DNA of 63,997 nucleotides, filler included, from Octopus bimaculoides (Eukaryota): NCBI RefSeq assembly GCF_001194135.2. It is 5 parts of 4 records of this genome, joined end to end, with 100 filler letters (N's around TTAATTAATTAA, not from the genome) between each part and the next. Parts side by side here need not be neighbours in the genome. Positions count along the whole stretch, not along the records: positions 18,075 to 31,184 come from NC_068987.1; positions 31,285 to 54,567 come from NC_068984.1; positions 54,668 to 62,664 come from NC_069003.1; 2 more parts are not named here. One strand, 5' to 3'. The notes below the pieces were generated by a model. That model had not been told where the DNA came from and made no database searches. It saw only the letters and a list, made by a program, of their open reading frames with translations. The position numbers and the translations under genes are program-made. Shown piece by piece: positions 28,347 through 61,930 of the stretch (the first letter of the stretch is position 1; every line of letters starts with the position of its first letter).

Positions 28347-28752
28347 GCCTGTTCAGCTGAAATTCAAACAGGACTAAGCAAGAAAAAAGCCGATATAATT
28401 TCTAAATGGAACAAGTAATAAAATCTAATATTTTTTTAGGAACCTTCGCAGTACACTAGAAGCATTGCATCCGATGATCTACCGACTCTGCCAGCTTGCC
28501 ACCTTCATTAGATATTTTCAGCAAATGGTAGTAGTGAGACATGGTTATGACTGCAGAAGTGAAAGTTGAAGAGCGAGACAGAAACTTTGTTAGTAGCTGC
28601 ATAAGATCAAGCACTAAGGACTAATTGGATACAAGCCTAAAGAGACAAAAAAACCAAGTAGATTCCCAATGTAGATTATGCAAATCAAAAGAAAAGAGGA
28701 CGTTGGGTGTGTCTCGGCAAGTGATTACAATAAACATGCAGGTTAAATGTAA

Positions 28753-28764
<12 letters not shown>

Positions 28765-28789
<25 letters not shown>

Positions 28790-28936
28790 TAATAAAAAAA
28801 TAAAATATTCAGACAAATACATAACAAAAACACCAGGACTTACAAATATATATAACATACAGAAAATTGCACTACTGGGCACTGCACACATTCTACGCAA
28901 AACACTTTCAATACAGTAAACATAAGAGCACCACAG
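28765..28936 (+). mobile_element. RLE-type (R4/Dong-like) LINE 3' fragment preceded by (TAA)n
   Basis: KYSDKYITKTPGLTNIYNIQKIALLGTAHILRKTLSIQ*, nearly identical to 55513-55905. Confidence 0.8.
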
Positions 28937-31541
28937 NNNNNNNNNNNNNNNNNNNNNNNNNNNNNNNNNNNNNNNNNNNNNNNNNNNNNNNNNNNNNNNN
29001 NNNNNNNNNNNNNNNNNNNNNNNNNNNNNNNNNNNNNNNNNNNNNNNNNNNNNNNNNNNNNNNNNNNNNNNNNNNNNNNNNNNNNNNNNNNNNNNNNNNN
29101 NNNNNNNNNNNNNNNNNNNNNNNNNNNNNNNNNNNNNNNNNNNNNNNNNNNNNNNNNNNNNNNNNNNNNNNNNNNNNNNNNNNNNNNNNNNNNNNNNNNN
29201 NNNNNNNNNNNNNNNNNNNNNNNNNNNNNNNNNNNNNNNNNNNNNNNNNNNNNNNNNNNNNNNNNNNNNNNNNNNNNNNNNNNNNNNNNNNNNNNNNNNN
29301 NNNNNNNNNNNNNNNNNNNNNNNNNNNNNNNNNNNNNNNNNNNNNNNNNNNNNNNNNNNNNNNNNNNNNNNNNNNNNNNNNNNNNNNNNNNNNNNNNNNN
29401 NNNNNNNNNNNNNNNNNNNNNNNNNNNNNNNNNNNNNNNNNNNNNNNNNNNNNNNNNNNNNNNNNNNNNNNNNNNNNNNNNNNNNNNNNNNNNNNNNNNN
29501 NNNNNNNNNNNNNNNNNNNNNNNNNNNNNNNNNNNNNNNNNNNNNNNNNNNNNNNNNNNNNNNNNNNNNNNNNNNNNNNNNNNNNNNNNNNNNNNNNNNN
29601 NNNNNNNNNNNNNNNNNNNNNNNNNNNNNNNNNNNNNNNNNNNNNNNNNNNNNNNNNNNNNNNNNNNNNNNNNNNNNNNNNNNNNNNNNNNNNNNNNNNN
29701 NNNNNNNNNNNNNNNNNNNNNNNNNNNNNNNNNNNNNNNNNNNNNNNNNNNNNNNNNNNNNNNNNNNNNNNNNNNNNNNNNNNNNNNNNNNNNNNNNNNN
29801 NNNNNNNNNNNNNNNNNNNNNNNNNNNATTGTCATCTAACATCTCAGACTCTTTTTTACTCTTTTACTTGTCTCAGTCATTTGACTGCAGCCATGCTGGA
29901 GCACCGCCTTTTGTCGAACGAATAGGCCACTAGTAAACCTAGTACTTATTCTATCGGTCTCTTTTGCCGAGCCGCTAAGTTGCGGGGGACGTAAATACAC
30001 CAACATTGGTTGTCAAGCGATGGTGGGGGGACAAACACAGAGACACACATAAATAATTATACATATATATATGATGGGCTTCTTTCAGTCTCCGTCTATC
30101 AAATCCACTCACAAGGCGTTGGTCGGCCCGAAGCTAGATGACACTTGACCAAGGTGCCACGCAGTGGGACTGGACCCGGAACCATCGGGTTTGGGTAAGT
30201 GTATTACAACGACCCCTAGTGTTCAACTGGTACTTATTTGGTACAGATGAAAGGCAAAGTCAATCTCAGTGAAATTCGAACTCAGAACGTAAAGAGCCGG
30301 AAGAAACGCCACTAATCATTTTGTCCGGCATTCTGTCGCTTCTACTAGCTCGCCGTCTTGAAAAGGCTCACTAGTAATTCATTCTAACTTCAGTTATTGA
30401 TTAAGGGATGTATTTGATCTCAGATCATGTTCAGTATTTTTTTCTACTCCAGGCACAAGGCCCGAAAGTTTGAGGGGAGGGGGGCCCAGTCGATTAGATC
30501 GACGCCAGTACGCAACTGGTACTTAATTTATCGACCTCCGAAAGGATGAAAGGCAAAGTCGACCTCGGAGGGATTTGAGTTCAGAACACACAGACAGACG
30601 AAATACCGCTAAGCATTTCGCCCGACGTGAGATCATGTTTATTATTATCATTGTGATGATGGTAATTATAATCATCATTATCATCATCATCACCATCATT
30701 AGCATCATCATCATCATCATCATCATCATTGTCGTCGTCGTCGTCATCATCATCATCACCACCGTTGTCAACTACGTCAAAATGATCGGCATTGACGGTG
30801 TTTTTTGTTGTTGTCTTTGCCTTACCAATACTATTGCACTCTCTCATATCGATATTTCTATCATCATAGTTACATACTGCTGTCGTTCACAAAAGGCCCC
30901 CGTTCCTAGCAGCTGTCGGCTTAGTGAAACAAATAAACACACACCGACCAATTAACTAATAAAGACTAACGTAAATAGCTGTTGTGGCTGACGCAATCTT
31001 TCGACAAACGATTCTATTACTGTCCCACTCCCCAGCTTCAGGACAATACCGAAACATATGCGCACGATAACGTATCAATTTGCCCCGGTTTCTCTCTCTC
31101 TCTCTCTCTTCTTTTCTCCCTCTATCACTTTCTCTCTCTCTCTCTCTCTCTCTCTCATACACACACACACACGCGCGCACACACNNNNNNNNNNNNNNNN
31201 NNNNNNNNNNNNNNNNNNNNNNNNNNNNTTAATTAATTAANNNNNNNNNNNNNNNNNNNNNNNNNNNNNNNNNNNNNNNNNNNNAAAGCACCCACTACAC
31301 TCTCTGAGTGGTTGGCGTTAGGAAGGGCATCCAGCTGTAGAAACTCTGCCAAATCAGACTGGAGCCTGGTGTTGCCATCCGGTTTCACCAGTCCTCAGTC
31401 AAATCGTCCAACCCATGCTAGCATGGAAAGCGGACGTTAAACGATGATGATGATGATGATGATGATTAAAGTATTTTAAATAGGCAAAAAATTTTATCAT
31501 TATACCATCTGTGTTATTCTGCAAAAGAACTTCAAACTTAC

Positions 31542-52510
<20,969 letters not shown>

Positions 52511-52574
52511 TCATAAACCTTCACACAACATATTAATATCATTAGTTTTATAACTCTTGTCTACCACTCACCAA

Positions 52575-53061
52575 CTCTGGACTACTACTACTACTACTAC
52601 TACTACTACTGGTACTGCTGCTGCTAACTTTAGTAGTATTAGTAACTCTCTAATCATTACTACTGTCATTATAACAATAACCTCCACTGTCATCCTTACA
52701 ACCTTTACTACTACTACTACTTATATAACTACTAACACTACTATCACCACCACCACCAACACTACTGCTGCTGCTGCTACTACTACTATTACTATCTCCA
52801 CCACCATCACCAGCACTACTACCACCAACACTACTAGCACTGCCACTGCTGCTGCTGCTACTACTACTACTACTACTACTACTATTACTACTACTACTAC
52901 TACTATCTCCACCACCATCACCAACACTACTACCCCCAACACTACTAGCACTACCACTGCTGCTACTACTACTACTACTACTACTACTACTATCTCCACA
53001 ACTATCACCAACACTACTACCACCAACACTACTAGCACAACCACTGCTGCTGCTGCTGCTG

Positions 53062-53098
<37 letters not shown>
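52575..53098. repeat. Compound (ACT)n/(ACC)n/(GCT)n microsatellite with a higher-order unit repeated three times
   Basis: ACTATCTCCACCACCATCACCA.CACTACTACCACCAACACTACTAGCAC recurs three times. Confidence 0.9.
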
Positions 53099-54536
53099 AA
53101 TATTGATGGTGCATTACAAGGATGAATACAAAAGCAGTAGGGCTTTTACTAAATCTTATGCAGAATATAAGAAAACATGCATGAAAAAAAACAACAAAAG
53201 TACTACACAAAAATTATGTGAAACATCCTAGAACAGCCACTAGCATCCAGTCAGGGAATCAACAGATCCTGGATTTACTAATATGGTTGAGTTCCCTTTC
53301 CCAGCTATCTAGGATGTGCAGATTAGTAGACCCATTTATCTGGCAATGCTCACTATTGTTATTGATTTTTCCGCAAAAATATTTGAGCATAGTACCTTTA
53401 AGTGGTATTTAATAAAGTTGATGATGGCTAAAGAGGACATTTACCCTCAATCCTTTCTATTTTCTCCATCTGTCAACTTTTTTTGCCATTGCCTCCAGAC
53501 ACAATAAAACTAACTGCTCTTCTTAGCCAAATAAAAGCAGTCAGATGGTGGTGGGTAATTTTCACTATGGCACAGGCATGGCTGTGTGGTAAGAAGCTTG
53601 CTGCCCAACCACATGGTTTCGGGTTCAGTCCCATTGTGTGGTATTTTGGGCAAGTGTCTTCTACTACAGCCTCAAGCCAACCAGAGCCTTATGAGTGGAT
53701 GTGGTAGAAGAAAACTGAAAGAAACACGTTGTATGCTAGCATGGAAGGTGGACGTTAAGCAATGATGATGATGATAATGATATATATATAAAAGCACCCA
53801 CTACACTCTCAGAGTGGTTAGCGTTAGGAGAGGCATCCAGCAGTAGAAACTCTGCCAGATCAGATTGGAGCCTGGTGCAGCCTTCTGGCTTGCCAGTCCT
53901 CAGTCAAATCGTCCAACCCATACTAGCATGGAAAGCGGACGTTAAACGATGATGATAATGATGATGATATATGTATGTGTGTGTGTCTTTGCGTCTGTGA
54001 TTGTCCCACCACCACCACCATCACTGCTTGACAACTGGTGCTGGTGAATTTACATCCCCGTAACTTAGCAGTTCAGCTAAAGAGACTGACAGAATAAGTA
54101 CCAGACTTTAATAGAAAATAAGTACTGGGGTTCAATACATTTGACTAAAAATTCTTCAAGAACAGTGCCCCAGCATGGCCACAATCTAATGACTGAAACA
54201 ACTAAAAGATAAAATATAGAATATAGTCTCAGTTGAATAATCATTAAATCACTGTTTCAACCAGATTGTTGGATGTTGTTATAAACCACTGGTCACAATG
54301 CGCTTCATGGTATTATTGTAGCTTTCAAATTATGCCAACCTACTTTCTACGCAGGCAGACCAGCATTACGCCTGCATGGAATGCCAGTCTATCACAGGGT
54401 TTCCCATTTACTGCGGAGTGGATAGGAACAATGTGAAATTAAGTGTTTTGCTCAAGCACAATGCACTGCTGGCCTGGGAATTGAAACCACGATCTCGCAA
54501 TCATGACTGCAACACTGCAACACCCTAACCATTAGG

Positions 54537-54567
<31 letters not shown>

Positions 54568-54668
54568 NNNNNNNNNNNNNNNNNNNNNNNNNNNNNNNNN
54601 NNNNNNNNNNNTTAATTAATTAANNNNNNNNNNNNNNNNNNNNNNNNNNNNNNNNNNNNNNNNNNNNA

Positions 54669-54709
<41 letters not shown>

Positions 54710-55474
54710 TCAAAAATAAGGAGTTTGTTGCAGTACGTGGATAATATTTTCAGAAGTCAAATACATTCAGTAATAAACAAATGGACAGAAAAACATCTAC
54801 TAGATGCAATGAATGCATGGACGAATAGAGAACAAACAGAAAAGGTCACCAATTCTTCATCAGTTATCGGCCAAAGTATCAAGTACAATTTTGTGCTATT
54901 ATTGATAATATTACATCCACCCTGGAGGCAACCAGCACAACAACTTGCTGGGAATGGGACTAAAACATAAAGAAACAAGATGGAGAAACAAGATGGAGAA
55001 ACAAGTTGGGACAACAGACAAACAAGGAGGAACGATGGACAAAAAAATGAAATAAACAAAATATGTCCTTTGGACCAGGTGAAGACAACAAAAAATAATA
55101 ATAATACATATGCAACAAAAAAATCTGAGTTCGACTTTGCCTTTCATCCTTTTGGGGTTGCTAAAATTAGTACCAATTACGCACTGGGGTCGATGTGATC
55201 AACTTAGTCCATTTCTCCAAATTTGAGGCCTTGTGCTTCCAGTAGAATATTGTTATCATTAAGGTAGTCAGCTGAGAGAATCATTAGCATGCTGGGCAAA
55301 ATACTTAGCAGTATTTCGTCTGCTGCTATGTTCTGAGTTCAAATTCCACCGAGGTCAACTTTATCTTTTATCCTTTCAGGGTCTATAAATTAAATATCAG
55401 TCAAGTACTGGAGTCAGTGTAATTGACTTACTCCTTCCTCCAAAATTTCAGGCCTTGTGCTCACAGTAGAAAGG

Positions 55475-55512
<38 letters not shown>

Positions 55513-55516
<4 letters not shown>

Positions 55517-55905
55517 TAGTTTTATTTCTATAATGTGCTTTCACTTCACTACCGAGCGCAGCTCTGTGTGCCTTGGGTATGTGCTGTGTTTTGCTGTAAT
55601 GCTCTTATGGTTACTGTACTGAAAGTGTTTTGCATAGGATGTGTGCAGTGCCCAGTAGTGCTATTTTCTGTATGTTATATATATTTGTAAGTCCTGGTGT
55701 TTTTGTTATGTATTTGTCTGAATATTTTTTTATTATACCTAAGGCACCTACTATGATAGGAACTGTTTCTGTTTTTAGATTCCACATTCGAGTTACCTCT
55801 ATTTCCAGGTCTTTGTATTTTGAAAGTTTCTCCATTTCTTTTAGAGAAACGTTGTCATCTGCTGGTATTGATACATCAATCAGAAAGCATTTTTTTCCTT
55901 CAATA
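55513..55905 (-). mobile_element. 5'-truncated RLE-type (R4/Dong-like) LINE flanked by (TAA)n on both sides
   Basis: KCFLIDVSIPAD..KEMEKLSKYKDL..VPIIVGALG..QKIALLGTAHIL (restriction-like endonuclease fold). Confidence 0.88.
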
Positions 55906-56101
55906 TTATTATTATTATTATTATTATTTTGGTAGCAAGCTGGCAGAATCATTAACAACCTAGACAAAATTCTTCACAACATTTTGCTTGTTGTTCCATC
56001 CCGAGCTCAAATTCTGCAGTGGTTGACTTCGATTTTCATCCTTTCAGGGTCTATAAGATAAGTACCAGTTCAGCACTGAGGTTGATGTAACTGTCTAGCC
56101 C

Positions 56102-56134
<33 letters not shown>

Positions 56135-56208
56135 CACTCAAAATCTCNNNNNNNNNNCTATAAGATAAGTACCAGTTCAGCACTGAGGTTGATGTAACTG
56201 TCTAGCCC

Positions 56209-56243
<35 letters not shown>

Positions 56244-56319
56244 CACTCAAAATCTCAAGCTTTGTGTCTACAGCAGAAAGAATTATTATAATTATTACTC
56301 TCATTATTTAATGGTATAT

Positions 56320-56640
56320 ACAAATGTCTTACTTTTGGAATCAATGTCTTTGATACTGGGTCACAACTAGTTTCATTATATATCAAGGATCTTTTGAACA
56401 ATCCCTGCTATTCCTATCAGAACAAATTTCTGCATTAATGCAATACTTGTAGTTACTCCAGTCACATTAAGGAAACAACCAAGTCTGTTTGTAACAGCAC
56501 CCAGGGGACCTATATCTACTTGCACCACTTTTGCAGAAATTCTCCTCAGTTTTTGCAGTTATTAACTAAATCTTGGTATTTTCCTGTTTTTTCCTGATTG
56601 TGAACTGCTACATTCATATCAGCAGACACAGCCTCATCTC
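56320..56640 (-). mobile_element. Old RLE-type LINE C-terminal remnant
   Basis: QEKTGKYQDL..IGPLGAVT..MQKFVLIGIAGIVQKILDI* with frameshifts. Confidence 0.6.
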
Positions 56641-56827
56641 TGATCATGAACTCTTTTTAATGATAATTATTATGTTAAATTCAAATTACGATAAACGTAA
56701 ATAAATAAACAATGTTTGCTTTTAGAAGCTTTGAGATGTCTTAGAAAGTTAAAGAAGTGATTTTAAATTCTCAATCGCAGGATAATGCTAATAATATAGC
56801 CTGAACAGGATGAACCACCCCTAGTGG

Positions 56828-56901
56828 AGGAGCTTAGCTCAATCGGTCAGAGCACCGCGATGCGTAATCACAGAAGTGTGAGTTCGCGTCTCATAGCTAA
56901 C
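56828..56901 (+). pseudogene. tRNA-like sequence (Thr-CGT-like loop), pseudo-tRNA or SINE head
   Basis: A-box TAGCTCAATCGG, D-stem GCTC/GAGC, T-stem GTGAG/CTCAT with TTCGCGT loop; acceptor and anticodon stems only partly paired. Confidence 0.55.
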
Positions 56902-57183
56902 CGCCTACACTTTTTTCTGCAAAAATAGAGGTAGTTTATCCTGTTCAGGCTATATTATTAGCAATATCCTGCGATTGAGAATATATATATGTACATATAT
57001 TAAATTCAAATTACGATAAACGTAAACAAACAAATGAAGTTTGCTTTTAGAGCGTTCAGATGTCTTAGAAAGTTGAAGAAGTGATTTTAAATTCTCAAAC
57101 GCAGGATAATGCTAATAATATAGCCTGAACAGGATAAGCTACCCCTATTTTGCAGAAAAAAGTGTAGGCGGTCATACTCTTAA

Positions 57184-58100
57184 TAAAGCAGCAAACTAAC
57201 AGAATCGTTAGCACACGGGACAAGATGCTTAATGGCACATCATCTGTCTACATTCTGAGTTCGAATTCCGCCAAGGTTGACTTTGTCTTTCATCCTTTTG
57301 AGGTTGATAAAATAAGCACCAGTTACATACACACTGGGGTCAATGTAATCGACTAGCCCCTCCCCCCACCCAAATATCAGGCCTTGTGCCTATAGTAGAA
57401 AGGATTATTATTATTATTAAGGTGGCGCAGTGGCAGAATCGTTAATACGCTGGGCAAAATGCTTAGGCAGCATTTCGTCTGTCTTCACGCTCGAAGTTCA
57501 AATTTAGTTGAGGTTGACTTTGCCTTCCATCCTTTCAGGGTCGATAAATTAAGTACCAGTGAAACACTGGGGACAATGTAATCGACTAGTCCTCTCCCCA
57601 CAAATTTCAGGCCTTGTGCCTACAGTAGAAAGGGTTATTATTATTTTTATTATTATTAATAAGGCAGCAAACTGGCAGAATCGGCTGCACACAGGACAAA
57701 AGTCTCAGCGACATTTCAGCTATCTTTACATTCTGAGTTCAAATTCCACCGAGGTCAACTTTGCCTTTCGTCTCTTTCAAGGTCAATAAAATAAGTACTT
57801 GTTGAACACTGGGAGGTCGATGTAATCAACTTACACCCTCCCCGAAATTACTGGCCTTGTGCCAAAATTTGAAATCATCATCATCATCAACATTATTAAG
57901 GTGAGCTGGCGGAATCATTAGAACACCAGACAAAATGCTTCATGACATTTCTCCCATCTGTACATTCTGAGTTCAAATTCTGCTGAGATCAACTTTGCCT
58001 TTCAACCTTTTGGAGTTGATGAAATAATTACCCGTCAACCATTGGAGTTGATGTAATCAAAAATTTTAAGCCCTGTACCTATCATAAGAAAGAATTGTTA
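57184..58100 (+). mobile_element. Head-to-tail array of four tRNA-derived SINE family B copies joined by (ATT)n
   Basis: Repeats of GGC(G/A)GCGAGCTGGCAGAATCGTTAG..GAGTTCAAATTCC..TTTGCCTTTCATCCTTT..GGCCTTGTGCC; other copies at ~6100, 10855-11215, 14752, 26655-27085(-), 30445(-), 34465(-), 37385(-), 55125-55480, 63303. Confidence 0.85.
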
Positions 58101-58319
58101 TTATTGCTATTGAAGGCACATGGCCTATTGGTTAGGGTGTTGCACTCACAATTGTGAGATTGTGGTTTCAATTCTTGGACTGGGTGGTGTGTTGTGTTCT
58201 TGAGCAAAACACTTCATCTCACATTGCTCTGACATCACTTAGTATACCATGCACACGTAATATACGATGCACCCATTCAGGCAACATCAATTTGATGGAG
58301 GGATTAAGCTAATGAATGG

Positions 58320-58534
58320 GAGGGGTGCTGGAAAGTTCTTCGCTCTAAGGGTGTCATGAAAGGCCTGGTTGGAGGTCCAACATTATGAGTTCTTTTACAG
58401 GGCTTAGAAAAACTGAAGGACCATTGCAATAAGTGTGTGAATCTGAGAGGGGAATATGTTGAATAAAATCATAATTAATTGATTTTCTTGAAGTTTCTTT
58501 TACCCCAAGACCTGGAACTTTTCAGCACCCCCTC
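58320..58534 (+). mobile_element. Mariner-derived MITE
   Basis: TIRs GAGGGGTGCTGGAAAGTTC / GAACTTTTCAGCACCCCCTC; internal FLQGLEKLKDHCNKCVNLRGEYVE* mariner C-terminus. Confidence 0.8.
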
Positions 58535-58693
58535 ATACAGAACAAACATGTGATCCCTAGAAACAAATCATTTGTGTAGATCGTTCAGCAAAAACTGAAT
58601 ACTCATATGTCATCTTCGATGGGAGAGTCCATCATTATTATTAAGGCAACAAGCTGGCAGAATCATTAGCACACACACTCACACACACACACG

Positions 58694-58737
<44 letters not shown>

Positions 58738-59216
58738 TAAAGTTATTCAATCGGTGATCCTTCCCTCCATCTTCACCCATTTAAGAGTATCTAGGACTAG
58801 ATTATCTAATGTGTCTTCACTATATCTAATACGGTATGATTTGGTTTGAGGGAGATTTCACTGGAATTTCTAGCATGTCACCAGACCACATAGTGGCACC
58901 CTTGGTGGCTGGCTGCCATCAACTGTCATGTGATATGATAATGAACACCAGTGACATGGAGCCTTCTACTGTGTTGACAGTCATGGGACAAAGCAGCAGC
59001 AGCAGCAATGACAGCAGCAGCAATGACAGCAGCAGCAATGACAGCAGCAGCAATGACAGCAGCAGCGACAGCAGTCCTTGTGTCAGCATGCACAAATGAC
59101 ACAGTTTTCAGCAGTGAAAATTTAATGCAGCATCACATGGCAGCATCGATCAATATAGTGAGAGACAAATGGGAATCACATGCTACACCGCTACATCACC
59201 ACACTGACTATATTGC

Positions 59217-59284
<68 letters not shown>

Positions 59285-59429
59285 NNNNNNNNNNNNNNNN
59301 NNNNNNNNNNNNNNNNNNNNNNNNNNNNNNNNNNNNNNNNNNNNNNNNNNNNNNNNNNNNNNNNNNNNNNNNNNNNNNNNNNNNNNNNNNNNNNNNNNNN
59401 NNNNNNNNNNNNNNNNNNNNNNNNNNNNN

Positions 59430-59950
59430 GAGTAAAAGAGAATAAAAAGCTTGCTTCACAAACATGGTTCCAGGTTCAATCCCACTGCATGGCTCCTTGG
59501 GCAAGTGTCTTCTATTATAATCTCAGGCCGACCAAAGCCTTGTGAGTGGATTTGGTAGACGGAAACTGAAAGAAGCCTGTCGTATATATGTATATATATA
59601 TATGTGTGTGTATATGTTTGTGTGTCTGTGTTTGTCCCCCCAACATCGCTTGACAACTGATGCTGGTGTGTTTACGTCCCTGTAACTTAGCGGTTCGGCA
59701 AAAGAGACCGATAGAATAAGTACTAGGCTTCCAAAGAATAAGTTCTGCGGTTGATTTGCTCGACTAAAGGCGGTGCTCCAGCATGGCCACAGTCAAATGA
59801 CTGAAACAAGTAAAAGAGTAAAAGAGAATAAAAAGCTTGCTTCACAAACATGGTTCCAGGTTCAATCCCACTGCATGGCTCCTTGGGCAAGTGTCTTCTA
59901 CTATAGTCTTGGGTTGACCAAAGCCTTGTGAGTGGATTTGGTAGACAGAA
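59430..59950 (+). mobile_element. tRNA-derived SINE family A (head, internal microsatellite, (GTAAAAGA)n tail), tandem copy
   Basis: Same modules recur at ~221-372(-), 3375-3552, 21765-22110, 22140-22560(-), 29845-30200(-), 41760-42075, 43560-43870(-), 51735-52010, 53575-54215, 60830-61055 (boundaries approximate). Confidence 0.85.
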
Positions 59951-60139
59951 ACTGGAATGGGCAAATTGTCACCATTTTATATTTTTAATTTTGTGCATGC
60001 ACATTATTTGTTTTTGATTTTGTTGACTACACAGTATAGTAGGGTCAGTTGGGCAGTGTCTGTGAGAAAAACAGCACGATGACACAATTCACTCAGCCAG
60101 AAATTTGGAAATGACATGCTGTACTGCTTGGCATTCATG

Positions 60140-60814
60140 CTGGAAGCTCTAATACGAACATTGCAGTGTTTGGGTGTCAATGTGAGGACTTATACCAAGA
60201 GTGATAAAAATCAAACATCCAGTCAACATTATGGTGTTTGGAGTGATCACTAGTGATGGCGATGTTATGCTGCCATTCATCTTCCCACACGGCCTCAAAT
60301 TCAATACAGTGGCCAACATCAAGTGCCTGGTGGAGGTAGTGATACCCTGGGTCAAGAGGGTGGTTGCTGGAAGACCCTGTGTCTGCAACAGGACTCTGCA
60401 CCATGCCACACAAGCAGGAGAACCCAGTCATGGCTGTCAGACAATTTCTGTGAACACATAACCTATAACATCTGGCCACTCAGCTCCCCAGACTGTAACC
60501 CCTTGATTATTACGTGTGAGGTACATTGAGTGAGAGACCAACAAAACTCCTTGTAACACCAAAGATGAACTTAAGGCAAGGATTCTAGCAGTATTCACCA
60601 ACTTAAACAAGGAGACCATCCAGAAGAGTTGCAGGAGATTCTGAAGTCGTCTGGAGGCCATGGTTGAGGCCAATGGTGATTTTATTGAATAAATTTACTC
60701 TTTAGTATTTCAAGATGTTTTCATGTAACTTTGGTAAATATATCTATTAAAATGAAATGTCAGTGTTATTTTCATTTTGTGTAATTTAAATGACAGTTAA
60801 TTCACCACACCCTG
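60140..60814 (+). mobile_element. Degenerate maT (DD37D) transposon, 3' half
   Basis: KHPVNIMVFGVI..QQDSAPCH..WPLSSPDCNPL(D) after one frameshift; ends CACACCCTG then TA. Confidence 0.82.
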
Positions 60815-61106
60815 TATATATATGTATGTATGTATGTGCTTATGTGTGTGTGTGTCTGTGTTTGTTCCCCCACAATTGCTTGACAACCAATGCTGGTGTG
60901 CTTATGTCTCCATGACTTAGCAGTTCATCAAAGAGACTGATAGAATAAGTACAAAGAATAAGGCCTGGGGTCAATTTCTTTGACTAAAACCCTCCAAGGC
61001 AGTGTTCCAGCATGGCTGCAGTCAAATGACTGAAACAAGTAAAAGAATAAAAGAATATATATGCATGTATATCAGTATCTATCTATCTATCTATCTGTCT
61101 ATCTAC

Positions 61107-61153
<47 letters not shown>

Positions 61154-61897
61154 NNNNNNNNNNNNNNNNNNNNNNNNNNNNNNNNNNNNNNNNNNNNNNN
61201 NNNNNNNNNNNNNNNNNNNNNNNNNNNNNNNNNNNNNNNNNNNNNNNNNNNNNNNNNNNNNNNNNNNNNNNNNNNNNNNNNNNNNNNNNNNNNNNNNNNN
61301 NNNNNNNNNNNNNNNNNNNNNNNNNNNNNNNNNNNNNNNNNNNNNNNNNNNNNNNNNNNNNNNNNNNNNNNNNNNNNNNNNNNNNNNNNNNNNNNNNNNN
61401 NNNNNNNNNNNNNNNNNNNNNNNNNNNNNNNNNNNNNNNNNNNNNNNNNNNNNNNNNNNNNNNNNNNNNNNNNNNNNNNNNNNNNNNNNNNNNNNNNNNN
61501 NNNNNNNNNNNNNNNNNNNNNNNNNNNNNNNNNNNNNNNNNNNNNNNNNNNNNNNNNNNNNNNNNNNNNNNNNNNNNNNNNNNNNNNNNNNNNNNNNNNN
61601 NNNNNNNNNNNNNNNNNNNNNNNNNNNNNNNNNNNNNNNNNNNNNNNNNNNNNNNNNNNNNNNNNNNNNNNNNNNNNNNNNNNNNNNNNNNNNNNNNNNN
61701 NNNNNNNNNNNNNNNNNNNNNNNNNNNNNNNNNNNNNNNNNNNNNNNNNNNNNNNNNNNNNNNNNNNNNNNATATATAATTCAAAATGTATAGTATTAAA
61801 TATCTGTCGCGGCTGAGCTTACCAATCGGTTTTGTGTAAATTATACAATGGATTGTTTGGTAACAAACCAATTATATAACTTTACGACTTGCACATG

Positions 61898-61930
<33 letters not shown>

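Noticed and set aside
52557-53231. 224-aa Thr-rich mucin-like ORF and its antisense Ser/Val-rich ORFs
   Set aside because: Trinucleotide repeat in an XYLB intron; no ATG start or splice context
56333-56404. 72-nt phase 0-0 exon candidate (GLFKRSLIYNETSCDPVSKTLIPK) with AG/GT ends
   Set aside because: No XYLB similarity; overlaps the end of an RLE LINE remnant read in another frame
57184-58100. RLE LINE as the mobilising partner of the (ATT)n-tailed SINE
   Set aside because: No shared 3' end, and the tails have opposite polarity (AAT versus ATT)
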